A DNA stretch of 63,084 nt, counting the filler, from Parachlamydiales bacterium (GTDB lineage Bacteria; Chlamydiota; Chlamydiia; Chlamydiales; Parachlamydiaceae), in NCBI GenBank assembly GCA_020051075.1. It is 5 parts of 5 records of this genome, joined end to end, with 100 filler letters (N's around TTAATTAATTAA, not from the genome) between each part and the next. Parts side by side here need not be neighbours in the genome. Positions count along the whole stretch, not along the records: positions 1 to 10,447 come from JAGVJP010000015.1; 4 more parts are not named here. The stretch is one strand, 5' to 3'. A model generated the notes under the pieces. That model was not told the DNA's origin. It ran no database searches and saw only the letters and a program-made list of their open reading frames with translations. This document shows, one piece after another, positions 1 through 9,587 of this stretch (position 1 is its first letter; every line of letters starts with the position of its first letter). Both the position numbers and the translations under genes were made by a program.

Positions 1-634
1 AATCAAGCCCTATCCCTACGACCCCGATCTTGCACGGCAAATGCTCCTCGAAGAGGGATGGGTGGACACCACTGGCGACGGGATTATCGATAAAGTCATT
101 GATGGGAAAAGAGTCTCCTTCCGCTTCCAACTGACCTACTATGTGAAAGATCCGACCCTTAAATCTGTTGGAGAGTATGTGGTGACTGCATTGAAAGAAG
201 TAGGAATCGATTGCGAACTACACGGTGTCGACATTGCCGATCTTTCAGCCACTTTCGAAGATAAATCCTTCGATGCGTACATGCTAAGCTGGGTCAATGG
301 CTCCCCTCCAGAAGATCCAAGACAGCTTTGGCATTCAATCGGGGCCAAACAAAAGGGCTCTTCCAATGCGATCGGCTTTGCCAATAAAGAGATCGACCAA
401 ATCATCGATGAGCTTGACTACGAAAGCGATAGTCAAAAGCGAATCGCTCTTTATCACCGCTTCGACAAAATCCTCTACGACGAAGCCCCTTACGTCTTTC
501 TTGGTGAACGAAAGCTGGCTCTTGTCTACCGCGACTATCTGCAGAACGTCTTCATCCCCGCAGAAAGGCAAGATCTTATCCCTGGCGCCGATGTCGGAGA
601 ACCTAAATCCTCAATTTTCTGGATAAAAAAATAG
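1..634 (+). CDS. oppA: Oligopeptide ABC transporter substrate-binding protein (family 5), C-terminal part, 5' truncated by window
   Basis: GW.DT.GDGI..K motif, SFDAYMLSW, DPRQLWHS, GSSNAIGF.N.EID, ILYDEAPYVFL: typical SBP family 5 C-terminus. Confidence 0.85.
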   Translation, partial: IKPYPYDPDLARQMLLEEGWVDTTGDGIIDKVIDGKRVSFRFQLTYYVKDPTLKSVGEYVVTALKEVGIDCELHGVDIADLSATFEDKSFDAYMLSWVNGSPPEDPRQLWHSIGAKQKGSSNAIGFANKEIDQIIDELDYESDSQKRIALYHRFDKILYDEAPYVFLGERKLALVYRDYLQNVFIPAERQDLIPGADVGEPKSSIFWIKK

Positions 635-795
635 CTCTTGACAAAATTTCTAAAAAATAGCGAGTAGTCCTTGCGTTTTGAAAACAAAATCGATAATATG
701 TCATTGATGCACGATCTTCAGCGATGATCGGGCCCTGTTATTAAAATAGGAAAGGTTAGAAATATTAATCCTTGCATAGATGTCGAGCGAGTTCT

Positions 796-1260
796 ATGAG
801 CGCAGTACCAAAAAAAAAGTTATGTTGGAATTGTGAAGGCAATGTCTCAAGAGTCATTGACAACTGCCCCTATTGCGGGGTTTACCTTCATGCAAACGAA
901 GAAGCGGAAGAAGAGGCCAAATGGCATAAAATCCGGCATTCTGAAGATGATGATATCCCTTCCCCTGTTTATCAAATGCTGCCCGATGAAGAAGCTAGTC
1001 AACAACAAGAAGCCAATACAACCTCCCTCAAAGGCAGTGTGGATTGGTCCCACCTCATGCCCCAGCTAAAACAAGATCTGTTTCCTATGCTCTTTCTGAT
1101 GGCTGGATCGCTTTTCTTCCTTTTCGGCGTTGTCTTACTTCTCTTCTCACAAGATGGAAAACTCATCCTGGAGTGGGACAGCAATTATAGCACTTACTTT
1201 CTAGGCGCTGCCTTCCCCTTATTCGCATTAGGCTGGAAATATTTCCAAAGCTTAGAGTAA
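796..1260 (+). CDS. Hypothetical protein with N-terminal zinc ribbon (CWNC...CPYC) and two C-terminal TM helices
   Basis: ORF translation; ATG at 796 preferred over TTG at 772. Confidence 0.7.
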   Translation: MSAVPKKKLCWNCEGNVSRVIDNCPYCGVYLHANEEAEEEAKWHKIRHSEDDDIPSPVYQMLPDEEASQQQEANTTSLKGSVDWSHLMPQLKQDLFPMLFLMAGSLFFLFGVVLLLFSQDGKLILEWDSNYSTYFLGAAFPLFALGWKYFQSLE

Positions 1261-1267
1261 GTTCTGA

Positions 1268-1296
1268 TTGCCAGCAATCAACTAAAATCACATAAT
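1268..1296 (+). promoter_or_regulatory. Putative sigma66/sigma70 promoter of the caspase-like gene
   Basis: TTGCCA-N17-CATAAT upstream of ATG 1330. Confidence 0.45.
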
Positions 1297-1329
1297 GGTT
1301 ACTCCTTAATTCCTTTTTAGAGAGTTATC

Positions 1330-2330
1330 ATGAAAACGCCAACGCTCTTTTTAACAATTTTCACTTCTTTTGTGTTTTGTCTCCTTTGTCCATCTGCATC
1401 CATCGATGCCGCTCAAGTTTATGCTGTCTTAGTCGGAGATTCCCACCAAAGTACGGCATTTTACGATATGGAAAACAATTTGGATATGATGCAACGAGAA
1501 GCAAAGAGAATTGCTGCTTGTAACTATCTCCCTTTGAGAGTAGCTGTTTTTGAGGGATTTGAAGCTCGGTCAGAAAATCTTCTTCACTACCTAGAGGAAA
1601 TGAACGTCGACTCAGACGACATCGTCCTCTTTTATGCCAGTGTCCATGGAACCCGTTCCAAGAATAAGAGCAATCGCTGGCCTGATCTCGGATTTACTTT
1701 AGATGAAATCTTCAATCCAACAAAAATGACGATCGATTTTAATACGATCCACGATCTGTTGAAGGCTAAGAATCCGCTGTTTCTGTTGTCCATCGCCGAT
1801 TCATGCAATAGCATCCACGATTTTAACCGCACAAGAGAATTTGAAGAAGGCTCGGAGGGTTTTTTTGATGAGGAAGACGATATTGAGATTGACGACGAAG
1901 AGGAAGTCCTTTTCGAAAAAGAATCTATCTTCAATCATTTAAATCCACAAGGACCAACGATTGAATACCAGATGAGTGCCAATGATCCTGCACCGATCTT
2001 TAATCGAATGATCGAAGAAAGTGAATTTTTCAAAGCCTATCATTTTCTATTCAAGCAACCAGGAAATGTCATTGTGTCCAGCTCAAGTCCTGGTGAAGAA
2101 TCGTTTGGAGGTTTCATTCGTTTACTCCACAGTTTTTACAAATCCTCAATGAAAGTGCCAACGATGTTTCATTGCACAAATTAAGTTGGGAATTGATTCT
2201 AAGAAAAACTCGAAAAGAGGTCGCAGGAGAGTCGCAAAAATTTCTTCGCTATCACTCCCACATGATCAATGAGAATGGAGATTTCCAAACGCAGCAGACG
2301 GTGCAATACGAAATAGACCTAAGACCCTAA
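1330..2330 (+). CDS. Secreted caspase-family (C14-like) peptidase with an apparent frameshift near 2112-2121
   Basis: Signal-peptide-like N-terminus, DDIVLFYASVHG and IADSCN His/Cys dyad motifs, SSSSPGEES; continuation FTPQFLQIL..SWELIL..QTVQY in the -1 frame to TAA 2330. Confidence 0.7.
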
Positions 2331-2342
2331 AGAGGGAATTGA

Positions 2343-2433
2343 GTGTCGCCCTTTCAGGGCTCATAAATAGGTATGAAGTCTCCCAGGCCTGGGGATACAT
2401 CCCCCTCACCATTGAGCCCTGAAAGGGCAATAC
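2343..2433. repeat. REP-like inverted pair GCCCTTTCAGGGCTCA / TGAGCCCTGAAAGGGC
   Basis: Perfect 16-bp inverted repeat at 2348-2363 and 2413-2428 between convergent genes; related copies at ~58570 and 62765-63076. Confidence 0.8.
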
Positions 2434-2496
2434 TTAAGAATTGGTTAGATAGAATTCTCATTCGATTTCATCGAGATAATGTTTTCTTATACCCAC

Positions 2497-3081
2497 TCAA
2501 ACTAGGCCCCCTCGCCAGCAGTCGACAAGGTGATCATTGACCATGCCTACGGCTTGCATGTATGCATAAATAATCGTGGAACCAACAAATGTCATGCCGC
2601 GCTTTTTCAAGTCCTTGGAAAGAGCGTTGCTTTCAATCGTCGTTGTTGGAACGTCTTCAAACCGTTGTCTGTGGTTGACGATGGGCTTACCATTGACAAA
2701 ACTCCAAACATAACGATCAAATGAGCCAAATTCCTGTTGAATTTTTAGGAATATCTGAGCATTCTGCCTTGCTGCATAGATTTTTAATCTGTTGCGGATA
2801 ATTTTATCATTTTGAAGGAGAGCGTCCAACTCAACATCACTCATAGATGCAACTTTATGAGGGTCAAAATCATGAAAGGCCTCAAAATATCCTTGACGTC
2901 TTTTAAGTATCGTCTCCCAACTCAATCCGGCTTGGGCCCCTTCCAGAATGAGCATCTCGAATAAATGCCTGTCGTCATGTGTGGGAACCCCCCATTCATG
3001 ATCATGATATTCTGCATAGAATTCCTTGCCTGGCTGTCCGCCAAAACAACGTTTTTTTCCATCTTTGCATAATAGACTCAT
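2497..3081 (-). CDS. tag: DNA-3-methyladenine glycosylase I
   Basis: YHDHEWG, LFEMLILEGAQAGLSW, IIRNRLKI, GMVNDHLVDC. Confidence 0.95.
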   Translation of the reverse strand: MSLLCKDGKKRCFGGQPGKEFYAEYHDHEWGVPTHDDRHLFEMLILEGAQAGLSWETILKRRQGYFEAFHDFDPHKVASMSDVELDALLQNDKIIRNRLKIYAARQNAQIFLKIQQEFGSFDRYVWSFVNGKPIVNHRQRFEDVPTTTIESNALSKDLKKRGMTFVGSTIIYAYMQAVGMVNDHLVDCWRGGLV

Positions 3082-3319
3082 CGTTGTCTCCAGTAATTGT
3101 AAGACTTATTGATTTCGCGATTGGGAAATCCCAGACAGTATGAGTTAATAAGCGAAAAAAAACCTTTTATGGATTCAGACTTGGTTTCCGTTCACACGAT
3201 AAGAAGTTCATTTAAAAACGCTCTTCATATGTTAACTGCACATTTTATCCTGCAATTGAATCTCGAGATAGTAAATAATCGAAGATTTTAAAACAAGTGG
3301 GGTTTGTTTTTTTATTCAC

Positions 3320-3376
3320 GGGATAGGGAAGCTGGTCATGTTGGACGCAAGAGGTCCAACATGGTTAGCCCTACCC
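3320..3376. repeat. Intergenic hairpin, GTAG-type REP-like
   Basis: CATGTTGGAC-gcaagag-GTCCAACATG stem with imperfect extension; minus strand begins GGGTAGGGC. Confidence 0.5.
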
Positions 3377-3461
3377 ACTGAACCGGTGATTCTATTGATT
3401 TTAATTTGCAACAATGTAACAATAGTAGAAATGAATTTAATTTTCTGAAAAATAAAAAAGG

Positions 3462-5582
3462 ATGTCTAATATGTTACCAAGTGATCCATTTGCTATTAAA
3501 AATGCTCTTGAAACTGAAATTAACCAAATTGAAGGACATTTATCCCACGAAACTCAAAGAGGACCCGCTGTCGCTGAAAACTATATATCTAAACTAGGCA
3601 GCCTATTGGAATGGATCGTAGAACTGAGGGAACAAGCTTATGAGCCTTTGTCCATTAGAGTGTGTGGCTTGATTGAAAAAGCAAATGCGCTGCGTTCAGG
3701 AAAAGTCCCAACTGAAATAGATCTAAAGAGATTTAACAATGGATATCAATATGACAACTTAGTTTTTCAACAAGCACTCCAAACACGCGATATACCTCGG
3801 AGAGAAACTCTTTTAAAAAATGCCTCAGACGAAGTTTGTAAGTTCTTAGATGAACTTGAAGGCTTTTTACCTACTCGTGACATCCAAACCGTTAAAAGTT
3901 CCTTTGGCCAGCTTCTGGTGGACCTGGAAAATGCATCGGAATCTTCAGCCTCTCCGATTGCTGTCCAATTCTCCTCACAGGCAAGTGCTTCGAGCAGCCA
4001 GCCTTCATTAGCACAAACAGCCTCTTCCAGCAGCAGACCTGTGAGCGAGGAGCCAAGGATCTTTCTTCCTACTGAAGCAGAGTCACTTGAAAAAGCCTTT
4101 CGAGAGGTGTATCTGAAGTCCGATCGAGACGGTAGAACCGATCTTCAGATATTGCGGAATCAACTTGTAGACATGGAGCAAACCATGGTCAAGAATCAGA
4201 AACTAGGTAGCTTATCGAGCGTTTATGACTTGGTGGGAAGAGGACTGACTTTTCTTGGTAATGACATCCTTCGCAGCCAGACACTTCATAACCACATTTG
4301 TAACATGGAAAAATTCACATCGGACATTCAAGAGACAATCAGAAACGTGGGAAGTTCTTTAGAGATGATCATCTCTGTAGAGATTGCTCCTGGAATTACT
4401 GAAGACATGCAAGTGAGAGATTGGTTAGAAACTTTTGTGGAGACATTCCTAAAGAGAATAGAGCATAGAAAAAATCGTCTGATTGTAGAATATGCACAAA
4501 ACCAGTTAGATGGAATTGAAAAACAAATTATCCAAGATGAATCCCGAGGACCGAGAGCAGGTTTAAGATATCAAGATGAACTCGCAAAGATTACACATAT
4601 AATCACACACAACAACATCTTAGATAGTGACAGAAGTGTTTTGTTGGAAAGAGTATATTCTCTTACAATGAAAGTAAAACATTTAGATAGTCACCAAGCA
4701 CTAGAGGTAAGCGGTTCTTTTTTCCCTTCAACCTCCTCCAGCCAACCTTTTATTCATTCCTCTAGCCTACCTTATATTCATTCCTCTAGCCTTGCTTCAT
4801 CCTCTTCAAACACTAGCATTTTCGTTCCTCCTCTTCAGGGATTCACGGACGAGAGGGTAGCGATCCGAAGCTTACTCCAAGGGTCGAATGAAGAACTGCA
4901 AAGGATCATCACCAACGATCAAACTATTCTTCCTCAACCCGTCGACAACCATTACGTGATGCAAGATATCGTACGCTGGACACCAGAATATATGGTTAAT
5001 GTTTTAGAAGGACGCGAGGCAGCTCCGACACCTCTTCACTTTCAAGCAGCACAATTTATTGATGCACAGAACAAATGCCAAGAAACGAGAGAACACGAAA
5101 TCATCCCTCACGTCTATGTGGGAAACTATGATGCTCTTAGGGTTATAGATCCTGCACAAGGGAGTAACCCTGTAGGATTTACGAGAGTGATTAGTGTAAC
5201 TAGGATGGACCCAAGATCTGGAGATGAATTTTCCAGAGCCAACATTCCTCTGTCAGTCAGAAGGGTTTCTGTTGAAGTGAGCGATGAAGATGAAGCTTGG
5301 AACACCTTAGAAGAAAATTTTGAAGAATTCTTCTCAATGATTGATCAGGCACGAGCAAATGGAGAAAACATCCTGATTCATTGTTCTCAAGGTCAATCGC
5401 GCAGTGTCACTGTGATGATAGCATATTTAATCAACCGCTGTCATGTGAATCCTGAACGAGCACTACACTATATCCGAACAAAACGATTCCTTGCAGAGCC
5501 TATTCCCGGTCTTAATGCTAGATTGATCGCTTATGCTCACAAACTGGGGGTGACATGCCCAAATGCCGCTCCCGGCGCTTAA
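3462..5582 (+). CDS. Large protein with C-terminal dual-specificity protein phosphatase domain (candidate secreted effector)
   Basis: EIIPHVYVGN, ILIHCSQGQSRSVTVMIAYL (HCX5R motif); Ser-rich linkers. Confidence 0.85.
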   Translation: MSNMLPSDPFAIKNALETEINQIEGHLSHETQRGPAVAENYISKLGSLLEWIVELREQAYEPLSIRVCGLIEKANALRSGKVPTEIDLKRFNNGYQYDNLVFQQALQTRDIPRRETLLKNASDEVCKFLDELEGFLPTRDIQTVKSSFGQLLVDLENASESSASPIAVQFSSQASASSSQPSLAQTASSSSRPVSEEPRIFLPTEAESLEKAFREVYLKSDRDGRTDLQILRNQLVDMEQTMVKNQKLGSLSSVYDLVGRGLTFLGNDILRSQTLHNHICNMEKFTSDIQETIRNVGSSLEMIISVEIAPGITEDMQVRDWLETFVETFLKRIEHRKNRLIVEYAQNQLDGIEKQIIQDESRGPRAGLRYQDELAKITHIITHNNILDSDRSVLLERVYSLTMKVKHLDSHQALEVSGSFFPSTSSSQPFIHSSSLPYIHSSSLASSSSNTSIFVPPLQGFTDERVAIRSLLQGSNEELQRIITNDQTILPQPVDNHYVMQDIVRWTPEYMVNVLEGREAAPTPLHFQAAQFIDAQNKCQETREHEIIPHVYVGNYDALRVIDPAQGSNPVGFTRVISVTRMDPRSGDEFSRANIPLSVRRVSVEVSDEDEAWNTLEENFEEFFSMIDQARANGENILIHCSQGQSRSVTVMIAYLINRCHVNPERALHYIRTKRFLAEPIPGLNARLIAYAHKLGVTCPNAAPGA

Positions 5583-5629
5583 GGTGAGTTAAATAACGCG
5601 AATTGTAGATAAGCGCGCAATCACATGGT

Positions 5630-5724
5630 ACGGATCGCGAAGCAAAATTCAAGACTTTTTCTGAAGGGAATACCTTTTATGGGTATTCCCGAAGAAAAAA
5701 GCTTGAAAGATGCGAGCGAGATTT
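5630..5724. repeat. Imperfect intergenic palindrome (MITE/RPE-like) between convergent genes
   Basis: TTCAAGACTTTTTC..GGAATACC-loop-GGTATTCC..GAAAAAAGCTTGAA symmetry. Confidence 0.6.
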
Positions 5725-5793
5725 GTGAAGGGGCAGATTAAGGTCGAGATTAAAAATTTATGCCCATTTCCTTTGGTGCTTATCCTGCCACAG

Positions 5794-6270
5794 TTAGTAC
5801 TGAGGGGTGATACGGGAGCGGCCTGAATGGCTCACTAAGACATACACTGGCTGGCTGATTTGGAACGCCTGATCCCGTCCCTGCACAACAGTCACTAAGT
5901 CACCGTTATCGAGTTCCACAACGTATTCCATCGCCATCTGCTGCTTCATCTTCTTTTCGAGCAACGACCCAGCAACAGCACCGACAATAGCTCCAGCAGC
6001 CGTCGGAGCGAAATTTCCTTTGCCAAGAGCGTTTCCGGCAATACCGCCAGCAATACCGCCTCCAGCGATCCCTAATCCATTGTCTCCCAGATTTTCACCC
6101 TGTTCGACACGGATTTCACGCATGCTTCTGATGACACCTGCATAAGTCATGGAGACCTCTCCGACCTGTCTCGAGGCGTAGACATCTGAAGAGATCTGCT
6201 GAGCACACGATGTGAATAACACTGGAATCGCTAACAACATCATGAGAGCATAAGATTTTTTACTATTCAT
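5794..6270 (-). CDS. Glycine-zipper outer membrane lipoprotein (SlyB/Pcp-like)
   Basis: Lipobox LFTSC, GIAGGIAGNALG..GAIVGAVAG zipper, EYVVELDNG..VTVVQ. Confidence 0.85.
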   Translation of the reverse strand: MNSKKSYALMMLLAIPVLFTSCAQQISSDVYASRQVGEVSMTYAGVIRSMREIRVEQGENLGDNGLGIAGGGIAGGIAGNALGKGNFAPTAAGAIVGAVAGSLLEKKMKQQMAMEYVVELDNGDLVTVVQGRDQAFQISQPVYVLVSHSGRSRITPQY

Positions 6271-6309
6271 TTTCAGATTACCTTTATTATAGAAAAGTTT
6301 ATACAACGA

Positions 6310-9300
6310 TTAACTAGCATAACAACATTTTTTATATTTCTTCCCGCTTCCGCAGGGACATAACTCATTCCGTCCGATTCGCGCACCAGCGACCACAGGG
6401 CTTGCCTGTTCCTCATCGGTATCTCCTTGATGTCTACCTTCCTCAGCATCCTCTTCATCGGAGCTTTCTTCGCCATCCATCGACTGGTTAAAAGCGAGTT
6501 CTGATTGCATCACATCGCCGAAGAGAGAACGATTCCGTTCTAAACGGACGCCTTGCTGGAGCAGCTGCTGTAGAGTTTGCTGGGGAGCGACGATTTCAAA
6601 ACGGAAAATCGCTCGTGCAATTTCAGTGCGGAGGTTATTGCTCATCTCATCGAAGAGCTTGTAGGCTTCGTGTTTAAATTCTGTCAACGGATCGCGCTGA
6701 CCAACTGCCCGCAGAGTCACATCTGATCGCAAGTGATCCATGCGTAAAAGGTGCTCTTGCCATAGCTGGTCAGTTTTTCGGATCATCAGGTTGCGCACAG
6801 CATTATGAGCTGGTTTTGCGAAATCCTCATTTTCAATGAGGTGAGCAGGAACCTTCTGATTTTCCCGCGCCAACTTCTCGATGAGTGCATGAACAACCTT
6901 TTGAGAAGCGTGAGTCTGAATCTGTTCAACGCTCAGATGTTCTTGATCAAATTCTTGAGCCTCGAACGTAACAGGGAAAATGTGCATCAGCCATTGCCGA
7001 AAGCCTTCTGGGTTCCATCCTTCACCATCAGAATGATGTTGGAAAAATCGTTCGACGCCAAGGGCGCAGACATCGTCGATCACCTCAACAGCTAACGCCT
7101 CGATGTCATCCATATGGAGAATATCATTGCGGAAAGAGTAGATGGCTTGTCTTTGTTTATTCATGACATCATCATACTCAAGAGTATGTTTACGCATCAT
7201 ATAGTTGCGCTGCTCGACCCGTTTCTGAGCTGTTTCGATCGATTTATTCAACATCCGAGCAGAAATAGGCTCTCCTTCAGGCGGTCGGAATTTTTGCAAA
7301 ATTCCTGTAATGCGGGGAGAGGCAAAAAGCCTTAGCAGAGAATCTTCAAACGAAATATAGAATTTGGAAGTTCCAGGGTCACCTTGACGGGCACTTCGAC
7401 CTCTAAGCTGGCGATCGATGCGGCGAGATTGGTGCCGGGTCGTCCCTAACACATATAATCCGCCAATTTCAGCCACGCCTGGTTCGAGTTTAATATCGGT
7501 TCCTCTTCCCGCCATGTTAGTCGCAATGGTAATCGCTCCTCGCTTGCCCGCTTGTGCGATGATTTCTGCTTCGCGTTCATTTTGCCTCGCATTCAAAACC
7601 GTGTGTTCAAGTCCATTCTGCTTGAAGATGCGCGATAATTTTTCTGAGACTTCGACAGATTCCGTTCCGATCAGGAGAGGACAACCTTGAGCGTGGACCT
7701 GATTGACCTCTTTCAAGATGGCATTATATTTTTCCCGTTCAGTCATGTAGATTTCGTCGTTATTATCTGCACGATTGCATTGGCGATGGGTGGGAATTTC
7801 AAGAACATCGAGTTTGTAGATCTCTTTAAATTCGCCAGCCTCTGTGGATGCAGTTCCCGTCATCCCAGAGAGTTTTTCATACATCCGGAAATAGTTCTGC
7901 AGAGTGATCGTCGCATAAGTTTGGGTTTCTTTCTGAATTTCGACCCCTTCTTTAGCTTCAATCGCCTGATGAAGGCCATCAGAGAAGCGACGTCCTGGTT
8001 GAGGACGACCGGTGTTTTCGTCGATGATAACAATCTTATTGTCATGGATGATATAATCGTTATCCTTTTCCATCAGCAGATGGGCCCGCAGCAGCTGCCT
8101 TAGGTTGTGAGCCCGTTCTTTTCGCTTCGCATCTTCTTCGCGCACGGCGAGCTTGCGTGCTAATTTTGCCTCTTCGTCTAACTGATGATCTTCATCGATC
8201 TTGATATATTCATCGCTGATATCCATCATGATGAAATCTTCAGGGCTTCCTATTCCGCCTGTGTAGGTTTGCCAGGCGCCAATCCCTTTATCAGTGAGTT
8301 CGTACTCGCTGCTCTTCTCATCGATGATCATCAATAGATCAGCAAGAGCGGCATGACGCTCCTCTTTATTTTGATCGCCGTGATAATAGAGATCCCATTT
8401 ATCTATGGCTGCACGGATATCGGGGTTTTCTTTTAACCTCTTTAAGACTTTGTTTTGCGGTGTTCCCTTCCCAACTAGCCAGAGCTTCCGGTAGGATTCT
8501 TGCTCGGTCTCTTCCTGTTTTTTGTCTTTTTTTAAGTTAGGGTCGAGAGCAGCGATGAGGTCTAAGCTCTTTTTCGCTTCGGTCGCTAGGCGATTACAAA
8601 AATCTCGCTGATGTCTGACAAGTTCTGCAACCCCGCCTTTAAGTTCATCATACATTTGCCGGCTATCAGGTACCGGACCAGAGATAATTAAAGGGGTGCG
8701 CGCTTCGTCGATGAGGATCGAATCCACTTCATCGATAATGGCAAAATAATAGCCTCTTTGCACTTGATCTTCGCTGGACATCGCCATAGAGTTATCGCGC
8801 AAGTAATCGAACCCAAACTCAGAGGCAGTGCCGTAGACAACATCACAAGCATAAATCGACTTACGTTCATACGGAGGGGTGTCATTAGTCAGAGATCCTG
8901 TTGTCAACCCAAGCCAGCGAAGGATAGAACCGACCCATTCACAGTCTCGTTTTGCAAGGTAGTCGTTGACTGTGACGAGATGGACTGGCTTTCCTGAGAT
9001 GGCATTGAGATAAAGAGGCAACACCGCTGTCAGCGTCTTCCCTTCACCTGTCTGCATCTCTGCGATCGCACCATGAAACATCGCGATACCGCCGAGAAGC
9101 TGAACATCGAAGGGGATCATGTCCCATCGTTGGTTATACCCGGAGACGTGGACCTCTGTTCCGCATAAACGGCGGCACACGTTTTTGACAACGGCATAAG
9201 CTTCAGGCAGCATTCTGTCTAACGGCTCACCATTTTGATACCGTTGGCGGAACTCTGCGGTCTTAGCCTTGATCTCTTCATCGGATAGTGAGGAGAACTT

Positions 9301-9396
9301 CTCATCCCACTTATTAATTTCAGGAACGATTTTGCGATATTTATTGACAAGGCGCTCTTGGGCGCTACCAAACAATTTTTTGAGAAATCCAAACAT
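6310..9396 (-). CDS. secA: Preprotein translocase ATPase SecA
   Basis: AEMQTGEGKT, DEVDSILIDEARTPLIISG, TNMAGRGTDI, QLRGRSARQGDPG, C-terminal CPCGSGKKYKKCC. Confidence 0.99.
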   Translation of the reverse strand: MFGFLKKLFGSAQERLVNKYRKIVPEINKWDEKFSSLSDEEIKAKTAEFRQRYQNGEPLDRMLPEAYAVVKNVCRRLCGTEVHVSGYNQRWDMIPFDVQLLGGIAMFHGAIAEMQTGEGKTLTAVLPLYLNAISGKPVHLVTVNDYLAKRDCEWVGSILRWLGLTTGSLTNDTPPYERKSIYACDVVYGTASEFGFDYLRDNSMAMSSEDQVQRGYYFAIIDEVDSILIDEARTPLIISGPVPDSRQMYDELKGGVAELVRHQRDFCNRLATEAKKSLDLIAALDPNLKKDKKQEETEQESYRKLWLVGKGTPQNKVLKRLKENPDIRAAIDKWDLYYHGDQNKEERHAALADLLMIIDEKSSEYELTDKGIGAWQTYTGGIGSPEDFIMMDISDEYIKIDEDHQLDEEAKLARKLAVREEDAKRKERAHNLRQLLRAHLLMEKDNDYIIHDNKIVIIDENTGRPQPGRRFSDGLHQAIEAKEGVEIQKETQTYATITLQNYFRMYEKLSGMTGTASTEAGEFKEIYKLDVLEIPTHRQCNRADNNDEIYMTEREKYNAILKEVNQVHAQGCPLLIGTESVEVSEKLSRIFKQNGLEHTVLNARQNEREAEIIAQAGKRGAITIATNMAGRGTDIKLEPGVAEIGGLYVLGTTRHQSRRIDRQLRGRSARQGDPGTSKFYISFEDSLLRLFASPRITGILQKFRPPEGEPISARMLNKSIETAQKRVEQRNYMMRKHTLEYDDVMNKQRQAIYSFRNDILHMDDIEALAVEVIDDVCALGVERFFQHHSDGEGWNPEGFRQWLMHIFPVTFEAQEFDQEHLSVEQIQTHASQKVVHALIEKLARENQKVPAHLIENEDFAKPAHNAVRNLMIRKTDQLWQEHLLRMDHLRSDVTLRAVGQRDPLTEFKHEAYKLFDEMSNNLRTEIARAIFRFEIVAPQQTLQQLLQQGVRLERNRSLFGDVMQSELAFNQSMDGEESSDEEDAEEGRHQGDTDEEQASPVVAGARIGRNELCPCGSGKKYKKCCYAS

Positions 9397-9540
9397 GATG
9401 TTACTTCTTTGTTAAAGTCTGATTATCAATGATAATGCAATGCCCTTTTTCTTTCAAAGATTTATACCATCAGACATAAGCAAAAGGAACAATCGGGCAC
9501 GGGCACGAAAGGTCTTAGCGTGATGCGTATCGACAGGCAC

Positions 9541-9569
9541 TTGCAAAAAAGCGCAAAGGATGATATCAT
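9541..9569 (+). promoter_or_regulatory. Putative sigma66/sigma70 promoter
   Basis: TTGCAA-N17-TATCAT upstream of 9588. Confidence 0.4.
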
Positions 9570-9587
9570 TGTTTTTTAACAAAAAGG

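Noticed and set aside
8100..8650. Long insertion in SecA as a possible intein
   Set aside because: No intein terminal motifs; long SecA variants of this kind are usual in Chlamydiae and Bacteroidota
9494..9510. Hexamer-type mini repeats (CGGGCACGGGCACGA; also 17000-17053 and 18637-18657)
   Set aside because: May be remnants of a further repeat family but too short and degenerate to support
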